Origin: Nitrospirota bacterium
GTDB lineage: Bacteria; Nitrospirota; Thermodesulfovibrionia; Thermodesulfovibrionales; Dissulfurispiraceae
Direction: 5' to 3'
Length of the DNA stretch: 64,000 nucleotides
Assembly: GCA_963790025.1 (NCBI GenBank)
Contig: CAWBMP010000004.1
Coordinates: 1,672,177 to 1,736,176, forward strand
The first letter of the stretch is position 1. Each line of letters starts with the position of its first letter. Below, piece by piece: positions 9,508-20,541 of the stretch. Below the pieces are notes generated by a model. The model was not told where the DNA came from and searched no databases. It saw only the letters and a program-made list of their open reading frames with translations. Made by a program: the position numbers and the translations under genes.

Positions 9508-11835
9508 TTATTTCCACTTAAATATACTCAAGATATTGGAAAAGTCATCGGTCCAGACCGGTACGTTACCGGCACCTTGCAATTTTACCCAGCGCGGGTC
9601 ATGTGCCAGTCTGCCCAGATAAGCTGCTTTTTGAGCAAGGATGACCCAATGAGAGCGGTATTTTGTTTTTGTAGATTCTTTGTCGTCATTTTGTGAGCGT
9701 GCCTCAAGACCTGCATCCCTTGCCAGACGATCGAGCACCGGCTCGAGATCAAGGTATTTATTAGAAATATGAATTGCAAGGATGCCTGTACGTTCCAGTT
9801 TTGAAAAATATAGATGCAGCGCTTCGCGTGTCAAGAGGTGCACAGGGATGGCATCGGAACTGAAGGCATCGATAATCATAAGCCCGTATTTCCTGTCAGC
9901 TGCTTCCTCAAGTTTCAGACGGGCATCCCCTATAATGATCTCCCAGTCTGCACGGCAGTCTTTCATATAAGTGAACATTGCCGGATCAGTTGCAATACGT
10001 TTTATCGCCGGATCGATCTCGTAAAAGGTGAAATGCTGGTGCGGTTCCCCGTAACTTGCGAGTGTGCCGGTCCCTAGTCCGATCAACGCCACATGCTTCT
10101 TTCGTGAAGTGCCGCTAAAGGTCCTGAAAACCTGGCCTATTGGGCCTTTGCGATGGTAGTAGGTAAGCGGCTCCCGAGCGCGACTGGGATCGAGGCTCTG
10201 TTTGCCGTGCTGGGTAGTGCCATGTACAAGCACCCGGTATTCATGAGCGGCATCGTTCGACACCTTGATGACGCCGAAAAAGCTTCGTTCTTTGTGGACG
10301 ATGTCCTCTTTCCAGTCATTATTGATCATGATGGCAAGCGTTAACGCGGCAATCCCAAGACCGAAGCGCCAAGGTCTTCTCATAAAGGCAAGGCCGAAGC
10401 ATAGCACTGCAGGAATGCTGTAGGTAACTATTACTTTCAGTCTCTCCAGGGCATCTTCATGGAGCTTGTCGAGGATGGGTATTTTCAGATTCCACAGGGG
10501 CCACTCACTAATAAGCCAGAATGCCAGGACCCCCAGGAGAGCCGGCAGCACAATATCGAGAAGCAGAGTTATTCGGCCGTTCTGCCGTGCCTGCGCTTTT
10601 CTGCCTGAGAGGGGGACAAGAAAGGCTGCGAGCGCAAAAGCGATAGGATATTCCGCTATTGAGGTAAATACGAGTGGAGCAACAAGAGCATTAAAAACAC
10701 CGCCGGCAACACCGCCGACTGACATGCACAAATAGAACTCGGTAAGATGATATGCAGATGGCCTGCTCCGCGCAAGTTCGCCGTGGCACGCCATCGCAAT
10801 AATGAAAAAAACAGTAAGATTGGCAAGAAATATTATCCATATGGCCGGTTTGGTCATGGGGATATTGATAAACATAATGGCGATAAGCGCGGCAGGGGCG
10901 ATGCGCAGCACACTGCGGTGAAAGACCATCGGTATGTTTGCAAAGACGAGAATGAAGGAAAGCAGATAGAGCGTCAGGGGAATCACCCAGAACAGTGGTA
11001 TTGCCGCGACGTCAGTGCTGAGAAAAGTGGTCACCCCGAGCATCAGACTTGAGGGGACAAAAGAAAGAGCGATCCAGCGTAACCGGTCCATAACGGCAGG
11101 CTGGATTGACTTGCCGATGTAATCAGGAGCGTTTGTACCCACTGCAGAGGTAGTAACGGTCTCTCCTGTAATATTTCTTGCCCACCATGCAAGAAAAGCG
11201 CAGGTAAGGCTGAGCACGAGAAGGATGCCGTAGCCGGCTGACCACAAAAGACTCTGCTCTTTCAGCGGGAGCCGCGGTTCTATGAGCGATGGATAACTCA
11301 TCAGTGCCAGCATGCTGCCGACATTGCTTGCGCTGTAAAGGAAATAGGGGTCTTTAGCCGAGGGATGTCCTGTACGGACAAACCATTTTTGCAGGAGCGG
11401 TGCGCTGCCGGAAAGTATAAAAAAAAGTAACCCTACGGAAGTGAGTAACAGTAGAAGTACCAGCCCTTCCGGATTTGCTTCCCCTGTTGGGATCAGACGG
11501 CGTGAGACAGCGACCGGCAGGAAGAGACAGGCACACAAAAGTATAACACCGTGCAGCAGAATTTGATTCTTGAACCGCAACCTGCTGCCGGAAAGGTGCG
11601 CGTAAAGGTACCCGGCGAGAAGCAGTGCCTGAAAAAACATCATGCATGTGTTCCATACTGCCGGAGTACCGCCGAGCAGCGGAAGGATCATTTTTGCGAT
11701 CATCGGTTCTACAATAAAAAGCAGGCCTGCACTGATAAAAAGGGTGAGACCAAAAAAAGCAGGCACATACCAGCGCCCTTTCTCCCAGTTGCGCGCTCCC
11801 GGTGTTGTATCTGTTTTCTGCAAATAATTGTCCAT
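9508..11835 (-). CDS. Multi-pass membrane protein fused to a spermidine-synthase-like SAM-dependent domain
   Basis: Many TM helices, then HGTTQHG, IGLGTGTL, YEIDP, GDAR and DAFSSDAIPVHLLT. Confidence 0.85.
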   Translation of the reverse strand: MDNYLQKTDTTPGARNWEKGRWYVPAFFGLTLFISAGLLFIVEPMIAKMILPLLGGTPAVWNTCMMFFQALLLAGYLYAHLSGSRLRFKNQILLHGVILLCACLFLPVAVSRRLIPTGEANPEGLVLLLLLTSVGLLFFILSGSAPLLQKWFVRTGHPSAKDPYFLYSASNVGSMLALMSYPSLIEPRLPLKEQSLLWSAGYGILLVLSLTCAFLAWWARNITGETVTTSAVGTNAPDYIGKSIQPAVMDRLRWIALSFVPSSLMLGVTTFLSTDVAAIPLFWVIPLTLYLLSFILVFANIPMVFHRSVLRIAPAALIAIMFINIPMTKPAIWIIFLANLTVFFIIAMACHGELARSRPSAYHLTEFYLCMSVGGVAGGVFNALVAPLVFTSIAEYPIAFALAAFLVPLSGRKAQARQNGRITLLLDIVLPALLGVLAFWLISEWPLWNLKIPILDKLHEDALERLKVIVTYSIPAVLCFGLAFMRRPWRFGLGIAALTLAIMINNDWKEDIVHKERSFFGVIKVSNDAAHEYRVLVHGTTQHGKQSLDPSRAREPLTYYHRKGPIGQVFRTFSGTSRKKHVALIGLGTGTLASYGEPHQHFTFYEIDPAIKRIATDPAMFTYMKDCRADWEIIIGDARLKLEEAADRKYGLMIIDAFSSDAIPVHLLTREALHLYFSKLERTGILAIHISNKYLDLEPVLDRLARDAGLEARSQNDDKESTKTKYRSHWVILAQKAAYLGRLAHDPRWVKLQGAGNVPVWTDDFSNILSIFKWK

Positions 11836-11962
11836 TAAATATAGTTAATACTGCGTAAGTATTGTATAGGTATTTGTCATGAAGTACAAGAAGTTATTGA
11901 ACAGAGGGGCAGGGGGAAAGTATATACTTGACTTGATCAGGGGAATCGACTACATTAAAATT

Positions 11963-12496
11963 ATGAGGACGATATTAAAGCATATAAAGCTCTCAGTTTT
12001 GATTTTTTTCATTGCTGTTATGAGCAGCGGTTGTGGGTCCTATCAGGAAATACGGACCTTAGATACCTCTGAAAAAGAAGTTGCCGGGACCTATTCGCTG
12101 ATACTCTACGGCGGCAGGCACGGGAATGATCTTGAGACCGTCGCGATCCTTAACAAAGAGGATGCCCCGTACAAAATTGTGCCTTATGCCCCGGAATTCG
12201 ATTACCGGATTATAAAAGATGTGCCCGCAAAAGAGGCGCTCGCAAAGGCATACAAATTTGTAAGCTTTAATCCCTATTTTTTCCGCACGCAGGTGACCAG
12301 GATTGTAGACAGCAGCAACGGCGCGCTGCTTGGTTACGAGATCCGGCCTCTTTATCAGCCACTCGCCTACGGGTATTATGATGTCCTTTATATCAATTAC
12401 TGGAAAAAGGACGGCAAGGTTTTTGTGAAGATGAAGCTGAATTATGAGCTTGAAAGAAAGCTCAGGGGCGGCGTGGGGACGGAGTGGGGCCGGTGA
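11963..12496 (+). CDS. Putative lipoprotein, unknown function
   Basis: Start at 11963 gives a signal peptide with lipobox SSGC; preceded by TTGACT-17-TACATT. Confidence 0.65.
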   Translation: MRTILKHIKLSVLIFFIAVMSSGCGSYQEIRTLDTSEKEVAGTYSLILYGGRHGNDLETVAILNKEDAPYKIVPYAPEFDYRIIKDVPAKEALAKAYKFVSFNPYFFRTQVTRIVDSSNGALLGYEIRPLYQPLAYGYYDVLYINYWKKDGKVFVKMKLNYELERKLRGGVGTEWGR

Positions 12497-12544
12497 AAAT
12501 AGGAAAAAAGTGAGAAGATAGAGGTTGGAGGTATAAGTCTATCC

Positions 12545-13312
12545 TTACTTCAGTATGCGCTTGCGCATGAGTCTGAAGGGATAAACAGCGAGCAGCGTAA
12601 CAACGGCAAAAAGCCACACAATATCTATTACAACTCCAGAGAATTTCCCCAGCGCAAAGGCCCGGCATATGTTGACAAGGTGATATAACGGAGTTAAGAA
12701 TGCTATTTTGGCAACCATGGGCGGCATTGTGTCAATGGGAAAGAAAATACCCGAAAAGAGAAACATGGGTGTCATCAGGAGTGTATAAAAATAATTGAAG
12801 GAATCTATCCCAGGCACTTTTGCGACAAAGATCAGCGATATTTCTGAAAAGATAAGGCCGCTGATAAATAGCATGGGAATGACGCCAAGCAACATGGGAG
12901 AGGCCACAAGACCGAAAAGCGATATTACAACAATGATAATGGTTCCGTATACCAGGCTTTTTGTCGCTCCCCACATTAACTCGCCGGCAATGAGGTCATC
13001 GATGGTAAGGGGCGTGGCGAGTATGGCATCAAAGGTCTTCTGAAACGTCATTCTCACATATGTGCTGTAGGTGCATTCGTAGACGGCTGCAAACATGGAC
13101 GAGGAAGCTATGATCCCGGGTGCGATGAAGTTAATGTACGGCATTCCGTTAATTTCTTTTACAAAGGCCCCCAGTCCGAGCCCTAATGCGGCAAGGTACA
13201 GGACAGGCTCCACAAAATTAAGGGCAAAGCTCGATTTATAAAGTTTGGTATAGACCGTAAAATGGCGCTGCCAAACCCTGAAAGACCGCTTGATTTTTAG
13301 CTTATTCGACAA
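12545..13312 (-). CDS. ABC-2 type exporter permease, NodJ-like
   Basis: EPVLYLAALGLGLG, FIAPGIIASSSM, QKTFDAILATP, FLFSGIFFP. Confidence 0.85.
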   Translation of the reverse strand: MSNKLKIKRSFRVWQRHFTVYTKLYKSSFALNFVEPVLYLAALGLGLGAFVKEINGMPYINFIAPGIIASSSMFAAVYECTYSTYVRMTFQKTFDAILATPLTIDDLIAGELMWGATKSLVYGTIIIVVISLFGLVASPMLLGVIPMLFISGLIFSEISLIFVAKVPGIDSFNYFYTLLMTPMFLFSGIFFPIDTMPPMVAKIAFLTPLYHLVNICRAFALGKFSGVVIDIVWLFAVVTLLAVYPFRLMRKRILK

Positions 13313-14036
13313 GACGTCTCCCGGTGAGTTTCAGATAGACGTCTTCGAGGTTTCCGCCGTGCAAACCAGTTAAACCTGACGGCGAATCAATAGTCACGAT
13401 TTTTCCCAGGTCCATGATTGCGACCCTGTCACATAGTTTTTCAGCCTCTTCCATATAGTGCGTGGTGAGAAGCAGGGTGGTCCCTTTTACCTTGAGGTCC
13501 TCGAGCTTGTCCCACACAGCACGCCTGCTGTGAGGATCAAGCCCCGTGGTCGGCTCATCGAGGACCAGCAGATAGGGATTGTTGACCAGAGAGCGGGCCA
13601 AAAGCAGGCGGTGCTTCATGCCCCCTGAAAGGTCCTCTATTTTAGCGGTTGCCTTTTCACTCAATGCTACAAAGTCCAGCAGTTCCCAGGCCAAGGGAAG
13701 AGACGTCTTTTTCGGTATATCGAAATAACGCGCATAGACGATCAAATTCTCGATCACATTAAGGTCAGGATCAAGGTTGACATCCTGCGGCATAACGCCG
13801 ATGCGCGCTTTAATATCGCTTGGCTTTTCAGTTACAGGCATTCCGAATACCTTTACATCACCGGAGGTCGGTGGCATAAAACAATAAATGATACGCATAA
13901 CAGTTGTTTTGCCTGCGCCATTCGGCCCGAGGAAACCGAAGCATTCCCCTCTTTCAATCTCGAAATCGATGGAATCGACAGCCTTCAGTCCGTCGTAATA
14001 TTTTGTCAGGCCCTTTGCGGTAACAATAGGATTCAC
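13302..14036 (-). CDS. ABC exporter ATP-binding subunit, NodI-like (GTG start inferred)
   Basis: GPNGAGKTT, LSGGM, LDEPTTGLDP, TTHYMEEAE. Confidence 0.88.
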   Translation of the reverse strand: MNPIVTAKGLTKYYDGLKAVDSIDFEIERGECFGFLGPNGAGKTTVMRIIYCFMPPTSGDVKVFGMPVTEKPSDIKARIGVMPQDVNLDPDLNVIENLIVYARYFDIPKKTSLPLAWELLDFVALSEKATAKIEDLSGGMKHRLLLARSLVNNPYLLVLDEPTTGLDPHSRRAVWDKLEDLKVKGTTLLLTTHYMEEAEKLCDRVAIMDLGKIVTIDSPSGLTGLHGGNLEDVYLKLTGRRLVE

Positions 14037-14269
14037 AATTAGGATATTATAACCCATATCGGATGGGGCAGCCCAAATCCTGATGACCTCTGCTCTCTTT
14101 CTGCCCAGACATACCAATACAGGGTACTCCCCTTGCGATCTATTCCATATGAAAACTGACAGAGAAACAGCGTGTTACCGGTACTCTTCCTGGAGGGTTT
14201 TTCTAAAACTATCAATGTGTTATAATACTAATCACTTTACAACTAAGTTATAGAAAAGAGAGGAAATGA

Positions 14270-16681
14270 ATGTTGCAGTCTAAGGTGTCGATCAGTATAG
14301 AAGAAGAGATGAAAGTGAGTTACCTCGATTACGCCATGAGCGTAATAATCGGGCGGGCCCTGCCTGAAGTAAGAGACGGGCTCAAGCCGGTCCAGAGAAG
14401 AATCCTCTATGCCATGTTCAGAGAAGGGCTTCTGCCCAATAAGAAATACTCGAAGAGTGCCGGTGTTGTGGGCGAGGTTTTGAAAAAATACCACCCTCAT
14501 GGCGACTCTGCTGTTTACGATGCAATGGTGCGGTTGGCACAGGATTTTAATATGCGGTATATGCTTGTTGACGGACAGGGCAATTTCGGCTCCATTGACG
14601 GCGACCCCGCTGCAGCATACAGGTATACCGAAGCGCGTCTGGCAAAGATAGCTGAAGAGCTGCTTGCTGATATAGATAAGGAAACTGTTGATTTCAGTCC
14701 TAATTTCGATGAAACCACCGAAGAGCCTGTAGTGCTGCCGACAAGGGTCCCCAATCTCCTAGTCAACGGCTCGGCAGGTATTGCTGTTGGCATGGCCACC
14801 AATATCCCTCCGCATAATCTCGGCGAGATCGTGGAGGGCCTTGTCATGTTGCTTGATAATTCCCAGGTCACGATCAACGAGCTGATGGCTGCGATTAAAG
14901 GTCCTGACTTTCCAACTGGCGCGATCATACATGGGACGGAAGGTATTGTGAGCGCCTATAACACAGGCAGGGGATTGATCAAGGTCCGCGCTAAGGTGTT
15001 AATTGAACGCGAGGCACGCGGAAATGAAAGCATCATTGTCAGTGAACTGCCTTACCAGGTCAATAAGGCGCGTCTTATCGAAAAAATCGCTGAACTCGTC
15101 CGCGAGAAGCGTATCGAGGGCATCTCGGATATAAGGGATGAATCCGACAGGGACGGCATACGTGTGGTGATGGAAATAAAACGCGGAGAGATGGCGCAGG
15201 TGATCCTCAATAATCTCTATAAGCACACGGCGATGGAATCCACGTTTGGTGTTATTATGCTTGCCCTTGTGGAAGGACAGCCCCATGTCCTGACACTTAA
15301 GGAAATGCTCGAAAAATTTCTTCAGCACCGCAGGAATGTGATCCTGCGCAGGACGCGCTTCGAATTACGCAAGGCTGAAGAAAAAGCCCATATCCTCGAA
15401 GGACTCAAAATAGCACTTGACCACCTTGATGAAATCATCAGCCTTATAAGGAGGTCAAAGACACCGGAGGAAGCAAAAACCGGGTTGATGACCAATTATC
15501 CACTGTCCCAGATCCAGGCGCAGGCGATACTGGACATGCGCCTGCAGCGTCTGACCGGCCTTGAGCGTGATAAAATCATAAAGGATTACGAAGACACTTT
15601 AAAAGAGATAGAGAGATTGAAGGCAATACTCGGCAGTGACGCCCTTGTGTCGAAAATCATCAAGGACGAGCTTGTCGAGGTCAAAACCAAATTCGCCGAT
15701 GAGAGAAGGACAGATATTGTTCCCGGGACGGCGGACCTGACTATTGAGGACCTTATCACAGAGGAGGAAATGGTGATAACCGTTTCCCATAACGGGTACA
15801 TTAAGCGGAACCCGCTGTCCATATATAGAAGCCAGCGCCGCGGAGGCAAAGGCCTTACGGGCATGGAGACCAGGGAAGAGGATTTCGTTGAGCAGCTCTT
15901 TATCGGCTCTACTCATGATTACATGCTCTTTTTCAGCAATAAGGGCAGGCTCTATTGGCTGAAGATATACCAGATACCCGAGGCCGGGCGCGCAGCCAAG
16001 GGCAAGGCCCTCGTAAATGTTCTCTCTCTTTCAGAGGGAGAACGGATTACGACCGCTCTGAATGTCAAAAATTTCAGCGAGGGCTACCTTATGATGTTTA
16101 CCAAGGCGGGCGTTGTGAAAAAGACTAAGCTCAATGAATACAGTAACCCGAGGGCAAAAGGAATAATAGCGGTGACACTTGACGAAGGAGATGAACTGAT
16201 TGCAGTTAAAGAGACATCCGGAAATAACGACATTATCATCGGCACAAAGCGCGGGCTTGCCGCGCGCTTCAAGGAGGACGATGTCAGGGCGGCAGGACGG
16301 ACCGCCAGAGGTGTCATCGGCATTCGTCTCGGCAAGGAAGACGAAGTTGTTTCCGCCAATGTGGTCGAAGAAAGAATGAGTCTACTGACGGTCACGGAAA
16401 AGGGCCTGGGCAAGAGGACCGAAATCGGAGAATATCCTGTTCACGGCCGCGGAGGAAAAGGGGTGATTTCAATTAAGGTGGTGGAGAGAGGCGGAAATGC
16501 TGTCGGTCTCCTTCAGGTAAAAGATGAAGATGAGGTTGTCCTTATCACCAATGGCGGAAAATTAATAAGGACCGTTACACGGAACATTTCGCTGCTCGGA
16601 AGAAATACCCAGGGAGTCAAACTTATGGACCTCGATGCAGAAGACAAAATCGTAAGCATAGGCAGGGTAGCCGAAGAATGA
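14270..16681 (+). CDS. gyrA: DNA gyrase subunit A
   Basis: [25 protein letters not shown] catalytic region, GyrA box QRRGGKG, beta-pinwheel repeats. Confidence 0.97.
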   Translation: MLQSKVSISIEEEMKVSYLDYAMSVIIGRALPEVRDGLKPVQRRILYAMFREGLLPNKKYSKSAGVVGEVLKKYHPHGDSAVYDAMVRLAQDFNMRYMLVDGQGNFGSIDGDPAAAYRYTEARLAKIAEELLADIDKETVDFSPNFDETTEEPVVLPTRVPNLLVNGSAGIAVGMATNIPPHNLGEIVEGLVMLLDNSQVTINELMAAIKGPDFPTGAIIHGTEGIVSAYNTGRGLIKVRAKVLIEREARGNESIIVSELPYQVNKARLIEKIAELVREKRIEGISDIRDESDRDGIRVVMEIKRGEMAQVILNNLYKHTAMESTFGVIMLALVEGQPHVLTLKEMLEKFLQHRRNVILRRTRFELRKAEEKAHILEGLKIALDHLDEIISLIRRSKTPEEAKTGLMTNYPLSQIQAQAILDMRLQRLTGLERDKIIKDYEDTLKEIERLKAILGSDALVSKIIKDELVEVKTKFADERRTDIVPGTADLTIEDLITEEEMVITVSHNGYIKRNPLSIYRSQRRGGKGLTGMETREEDFVEQLFIGSTHDYMLFFSNKGRLYWLKIYQIPEAGRAAKGKALVNVLSLSEGERITTALNVKNFSEGYLMMFTKAGVVKKTKLNEYSNPRAKGIIAVTLDEGDELIAVKETSGNNDIIIGTKRGLAARFKEDDVRAAGRTARGVIGIRLGKEDEVVSANVVEERMSLLTVTEKGLGKRTEIGEYPVHGRGGKGVISIKVVERGGNAVGLLQVKDEDEVVLITNGGKLIRTVTRNISLLGRNTQGVKLMDLDAEDKIVSIGRVAEE

Positions 16682-16937
16682 AAGATGCAGCTGCAAAGCC
16701 CCCAATGGTTGAGTCCATCAATTCAGCTTAATAATCAAGCCTAATGTTGCTATTAATAATAGGGCTATAAAAATAATTATTGACAAAATGCAGCCGAGTT
16801 TCTATACTTAGTCCCTATGCGTTTCAGTTTGTAGCATTTATTTCCGTGCAACTTATAACAAAAGGTGGAACAAGTAAGTAAATGTGCAAGGCTATACTTT
16901 ATAGCCATAAAACTAAATGAAAAGGCGGGGATGATCA

Positions 16938-19001
16938 ATGGCTGAAGAAAAAGAAAAAGGCGTAGAAACGTCAGAAGCTGAAATAGCGGTCCATTGGGGA
17001 GAAGAGGAATTTTACAAACCATCGACAAAGTTCATTGCGCAGGCAAACATGACCGATGAAACGGTCTATGATCGTTTTTCATTGAAGAACTTCCCAAACT
17101 GCTTTAAAGAGTATGCAGACATGTTGACTTGGTACAAGTACTGGGATGAAACTCTCGATACCAGCGATGCCCCTTGCTACAAGTGGTTCAGGGGCGGGTT
17201 GATCAATGCAAGCTACAACTGTATTGACAGACATCTCGCAAAGAATAAGAACAAAACAGCTATCCACTTCGTACCGGAGCTTGAGACTGATAAGATCGAG
17301 CATGTTACCTATCAGGAGTTGTATGTGAGGGTGAATGAGTTTGCAGCTATTCTCAAAAACAAGCTTGGCCTGAAGGCAGGGGACAGGGTAACGCTCCATT
17401 TGCCGATGGTTGCAGAGCTTCCTATAACAATGCTTGCTTGTGCAAGACTTGGCATTATTCACTCGCAGGTTTTCGGCGGGTTCAGCGGAAGGGCATGCGC
17501 TGACAGGATCGTCGACTCAGGAAGCGATTATCTGATAACGATGGACGGGTATTTCAGGGCCGGACAGATGCAGGACCATAAGGAAAAGGCGGACATTGCT
17601 GTTGCAGAGGCAGCAAAGGATGGCCGCGCAGTAAAAAAGGTCCTGGTATGGCAGCGCTATCCCGGCAAATATTCTGCCAAGACTCCGATGGTAGAGGGCC
17701 GCGATTTCTTTGTCAATGACCTGCTGAAGAAATATTACGGGGCCAGGATTGATCCTGTTCCTATGCCTGCTGAAGCACCGCTCTTCCTCATGTATACCAG
17801 CGGCACAACCGGAAAGCCCAAGGGAGCCCAGCACAGCACCGGCGGTTACCTTGCTTATGTGACAGGGACATCTAAATACATTCAGGACATCCATCCTGAG
17901 GACGTATACTGGTGTATGGCTGACATCGGCTGGATCACAGGTCATTCTTATATTGTCTATGGTCCTTTGGCATTATGCGCATCCAGTGTTATTTTTGAAG
18001 GCGTTCCTACATATCCCGATGCAGGCAGGGCATGGAGGATCGCGCAGGAACTTGATGTAAACATATTCCATACCGCACCGACCGCCATCAGGGCACTGAG
18101 AAAGGTTGGTCCTGACGAGCCGAAGAAATACAATTATCACTTCAAGCATATGACCACAGTCGGTGAGCCGATCGAGCCTGAAGTTTGGAGATGGTATTAC
18201 AACGAAGTCGGCAAAAAAGAGGCAGCAATTGTTGATACATGGTGGCAGACTGAAAACGGTGGTTTCCTATGCAGCACAATCCCTGCAATTAAAGCCATGA
18301 AGCCCGGCAGTGCGGGTCCAGGCGTCCCTGGTATCCATCCGATCGTTTATGACAATGACGGGAACGTAATCCTTCCGGGAGCAGGCAAGGCAGGCAACAT
18401 CTGCATACAGAACCCGTGGCCCGGCATGTTCCAGACTATCTGGGGAGACCGCGACCGTTTTGTAAAGACCTACTTTGAAAGATACTGCAAAGACCCGAAG
18501 AGCAAAAAATGGCAGGACTGGCCGTATCTTACCGGTGATGCCGCTGTTGTGGCTGCTGACGGATATGTCCGTATCTTGGGCAGAATCGACGATGTTATCA
18601 ATGTTTCCGGTCATAGATTGGGGACCAAAGAGATTGAATCCGCAGCGCTTACCCACCCCGATGTGGCAGAAGCGGCTGTTGTTCCAGTCAAGCATGAGGT
18701 TAAAGGCAAAGAACCTGATCTGTATATTGCCCTGAAACCCGGCAAAAAGGCGAGTCCCGAACTCGCAAAAGCAATATCAGCGTGTATAGTCAAGGAAATC
18801 GGCGCAATCGCAAGGCCGAGAAAGGTCTGGATTGTCCCTGACATGCCGAAGACCCGTTCAGGAAAGATCATGCGTCGCGTACTTGGCGCTATTTCCAACG
18901 GCACGGATGTAGGTGATGTTATGACGCTTGCTAACCCTGAAATTGTCGAAGCCATCACAAAAATGGTCCAGGAAGAGGAAGGCAAGCCGATAATACCTTA
19001 G
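16938..19001 (+). CDS. acs: AMP-forming acetyl-CoA synthetase, paralog 1 (divergent type)
   Basis: [50 protein letters not shown]. Confidence 0.93.
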   Translation: MAEEKEKGVETSEAEIAVHWGEEEFYKPSTKFIAQANMTDETVYDRFSLKNFPNCFKEYADMLTWYKYWDETLDTSDAPCYKWFRGGLINASYNCIDRHLAKNKNKTAIHFVPELETDKIEHVTYQELYVRVNEFAAILKNKLGLKAGDRVTLHLPMVAELPITMLACARLGIIHSQVFGGFSGRACADRIVDSGSDYLITMDGYFRAGQMQDHKEKADIAVAEAAKDGRAVKKVLVWQRYPGKYSAKTPMVEGRDFFVNDLLKKYYGARIDPVPMPAEAPLFLMYTSGTTGKPKGAQHSTGGYLAYVTGTSKYIQDIHPEDVYWCMADIGWITGHSYIVYGPLALCASSVIFEGVPTYPDAGRAWRIAQELDVNIFHTAPTAIRALRKVGPDEPKKYNYHFKHMTTVGEPIEPEVWRWYYNEVGKKEAAIVDTWWQTENGGFLCSTIPAIKAMKPGSAGPGVPGIHPIVYDNDGNVILPGAGKAGNICIQNPWPGMFQTIWGDRDRFVKTYFERYCKDPKSKKWQDWPYLTGDAAVVAADGYVRILGRIDDVINVSGHRLGTKEIESAALTHPDVAEAAVVPVKHEVKGKEPDLYIALKPGKKASPELAKAISACIVKEIGAIARPRKVWIVPDMPKTRSGKIMRRVLGAISNGTDVGDVMTLANPEIVEAITKMVQEEEGKPIIP

Positions 19002-19055
19002 CCCCAGGGAAACGAGGCAGGGTAGAATAATCTTGACATAAGTTTTAAAGCAGCG

Positions 19056-19097
19056 GGGAGGGGGCAGGAAAATATTTTTCCTACCCCCTCCCTTTTT
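19056..19097 (+). terminator. Intrinsic terminator after acs paralog 1
   Basis: GGGAGGGGGCAGGAAAA / TTTTCCTACCCCCTCCC stem followed by a T run. Confidence 0.75.
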
Positions 19098-19167
19098 ATT
19101 ATAATAAGAGTTTATAATAAGAACTGCACGACTTTTTGGATGTCAATAACTGGATGTCAATAATTTG

Positions 19168-20124
19168 ATGAGAAAGACAGGATTTCTATACGATGAACGG
19201 TTTTTGCTCCATGATACCGGACCCGAACATCCGGAGTGTGCCGACAGACTTCGCGCAATTTACAGGGGAATCGAAGAGGCAGGCCTCCTCCCCCAATTAA
19301 GGACCATAAAGGCCAGCCGGGCTGATCAGGGATGGATTGAAATTGTCCACAGCATCAAACTTGTCATGCGCTTTGAAGAAGCTTGTCTTTGGGGTATGAA
19401 CGAGTTAGACCATCCTGATAATAAGTTATGCAGAGAGACCTTTGAAACCGCGATGCTGGCAGTGGGCGGTATTCTCGACACGGTGGACCTCGTGATGACG
19501 GGAGAGATAGACAATGCCTTTTGTGCGGTCCGACCGCCGGGTCACCATGCAGAAGTAAGCAGGGTCATGGGCTTTTGTTATTTCAATAATGTAGCTATCG
19601 CAGCCAGGTATCTGCGACGCAAATGGAAAGTGCAGCGTGTAGGCATTGTGGATTTTGACGTCCATCACGGCAACGGTACCCAGAATATTTTTGAAGATGA
19701 CCCCAGTGTATTTTATTATTCCATACATGAGCATCCTTCCTTTGCCTATCCGGGTACAGGCAGGGAATTTGAGAAGGGGTCGGGTGAGGGTTACGGCTTC
19801 ACCCTGAACTCGCCTGTATTGCCGGGCCAGGGGGACAAGGAGTATAAAGAATTGCTTCAAAGAGACTTGTTCCCAGCGTTCGAGGAGTTTAAACCTGAAG
19901 TGATTCTTGTGTCCGCAGGCTTCGATGCCCACATTGACGATGACATGTCCGATATAAAGCTTTCAACAGAGGGCTTTTCATGGATTATGGAACATATTGT
20001 CGGAATGGCCGACAAATATTCCAATGGGCGGGTAATCTCTATTCTCGAAGGAGGATACGCGGTAAACCGTCTGTCTGAACTGGTAAAAAATCATATTGAA
20101 ATTTTGCTCGGCGTCAAAACCTGA
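19168..20124 (+). CDS. Zn-dependent deacetylase (HDAC/AcuC superfamily)
   Basis: HPE, RPPGHHA, GFCYFNN, DFDVHHGNGTQ, SAGFDAH, LEGGY. Confidence 0.92.
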   Translation: MRKTGFLYDERFLLHDTGPEHPECADRLRAIYRGIEEAGLLPQLRTIKASRADQGWIEIVHSIKLVMRFEEACLWGMNELDHPDNKLCRETFETAMLAVGGILDTVDLVMTGEIDNAFCAVRPPGHHAEVSRVMGFCYFNNVAIAARYLRRKWKVQRVGIVDFDVHHGNGTQNIFEDDPSVFYYSIHEHPSFAYPGTGREFEKGSGEGYGFTLNSPVLPGQGDKEYKELLQRDLFPAFEEFKPEVILVSAGFDAHIDDDMSDIKLSTEGFSWIMEHIVGMADKYSNGRVISILEGGYAVNRLSELVKNHIEILLGVKT

Positions 20125-20541
20125 AACAGATAACGGAGCAAAAGCTTCAAGGTCCTTTTCTGATAACGCAGATTTAGTCATATTTTTGTCAGCCTTTTTT
20201 AGTCCGTGTATTTGACCTCAATTATATAGATTATGCAGAGGAACTAAAAGACAGTCTCTTTGCCCGCGATACAATAAGAAGTCATAAAGATAACTCATAA
20301 ATCCATAAGTATTTCTTAGTTGTTATTGAAAGCGGTTTATATATAGAATTCGGGAATCTCACTATAGAATCAAATAGCGTCAACTACAGCTCAGCATGGC
20401 GACGAAAGTCCAATCTAAACTTCCTATGCGGAGGCGGAGCTAATGACAATATATTCAACACATTTTTTCAGTATAACCCCCACAAACCTGATAAGGAGGC
20501 GTATTGGCAACGATATTCAAAATGCCAGTATGATATAAGCT

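Noticed and set aside
14270..16681. parC call, or significance of gyrA lying apart from gyrB
   Set aside because: The GyrA box QRRGGKG is present, and split gyrA/gyrB is common.
20398..20452. Functional fluoride or c-di-GMP riboswitch
   Set aside because: P1 and pseudoknot complementarity are missing and no fluoride-related gene follows; kept only as a weak structured-RNA candidate.
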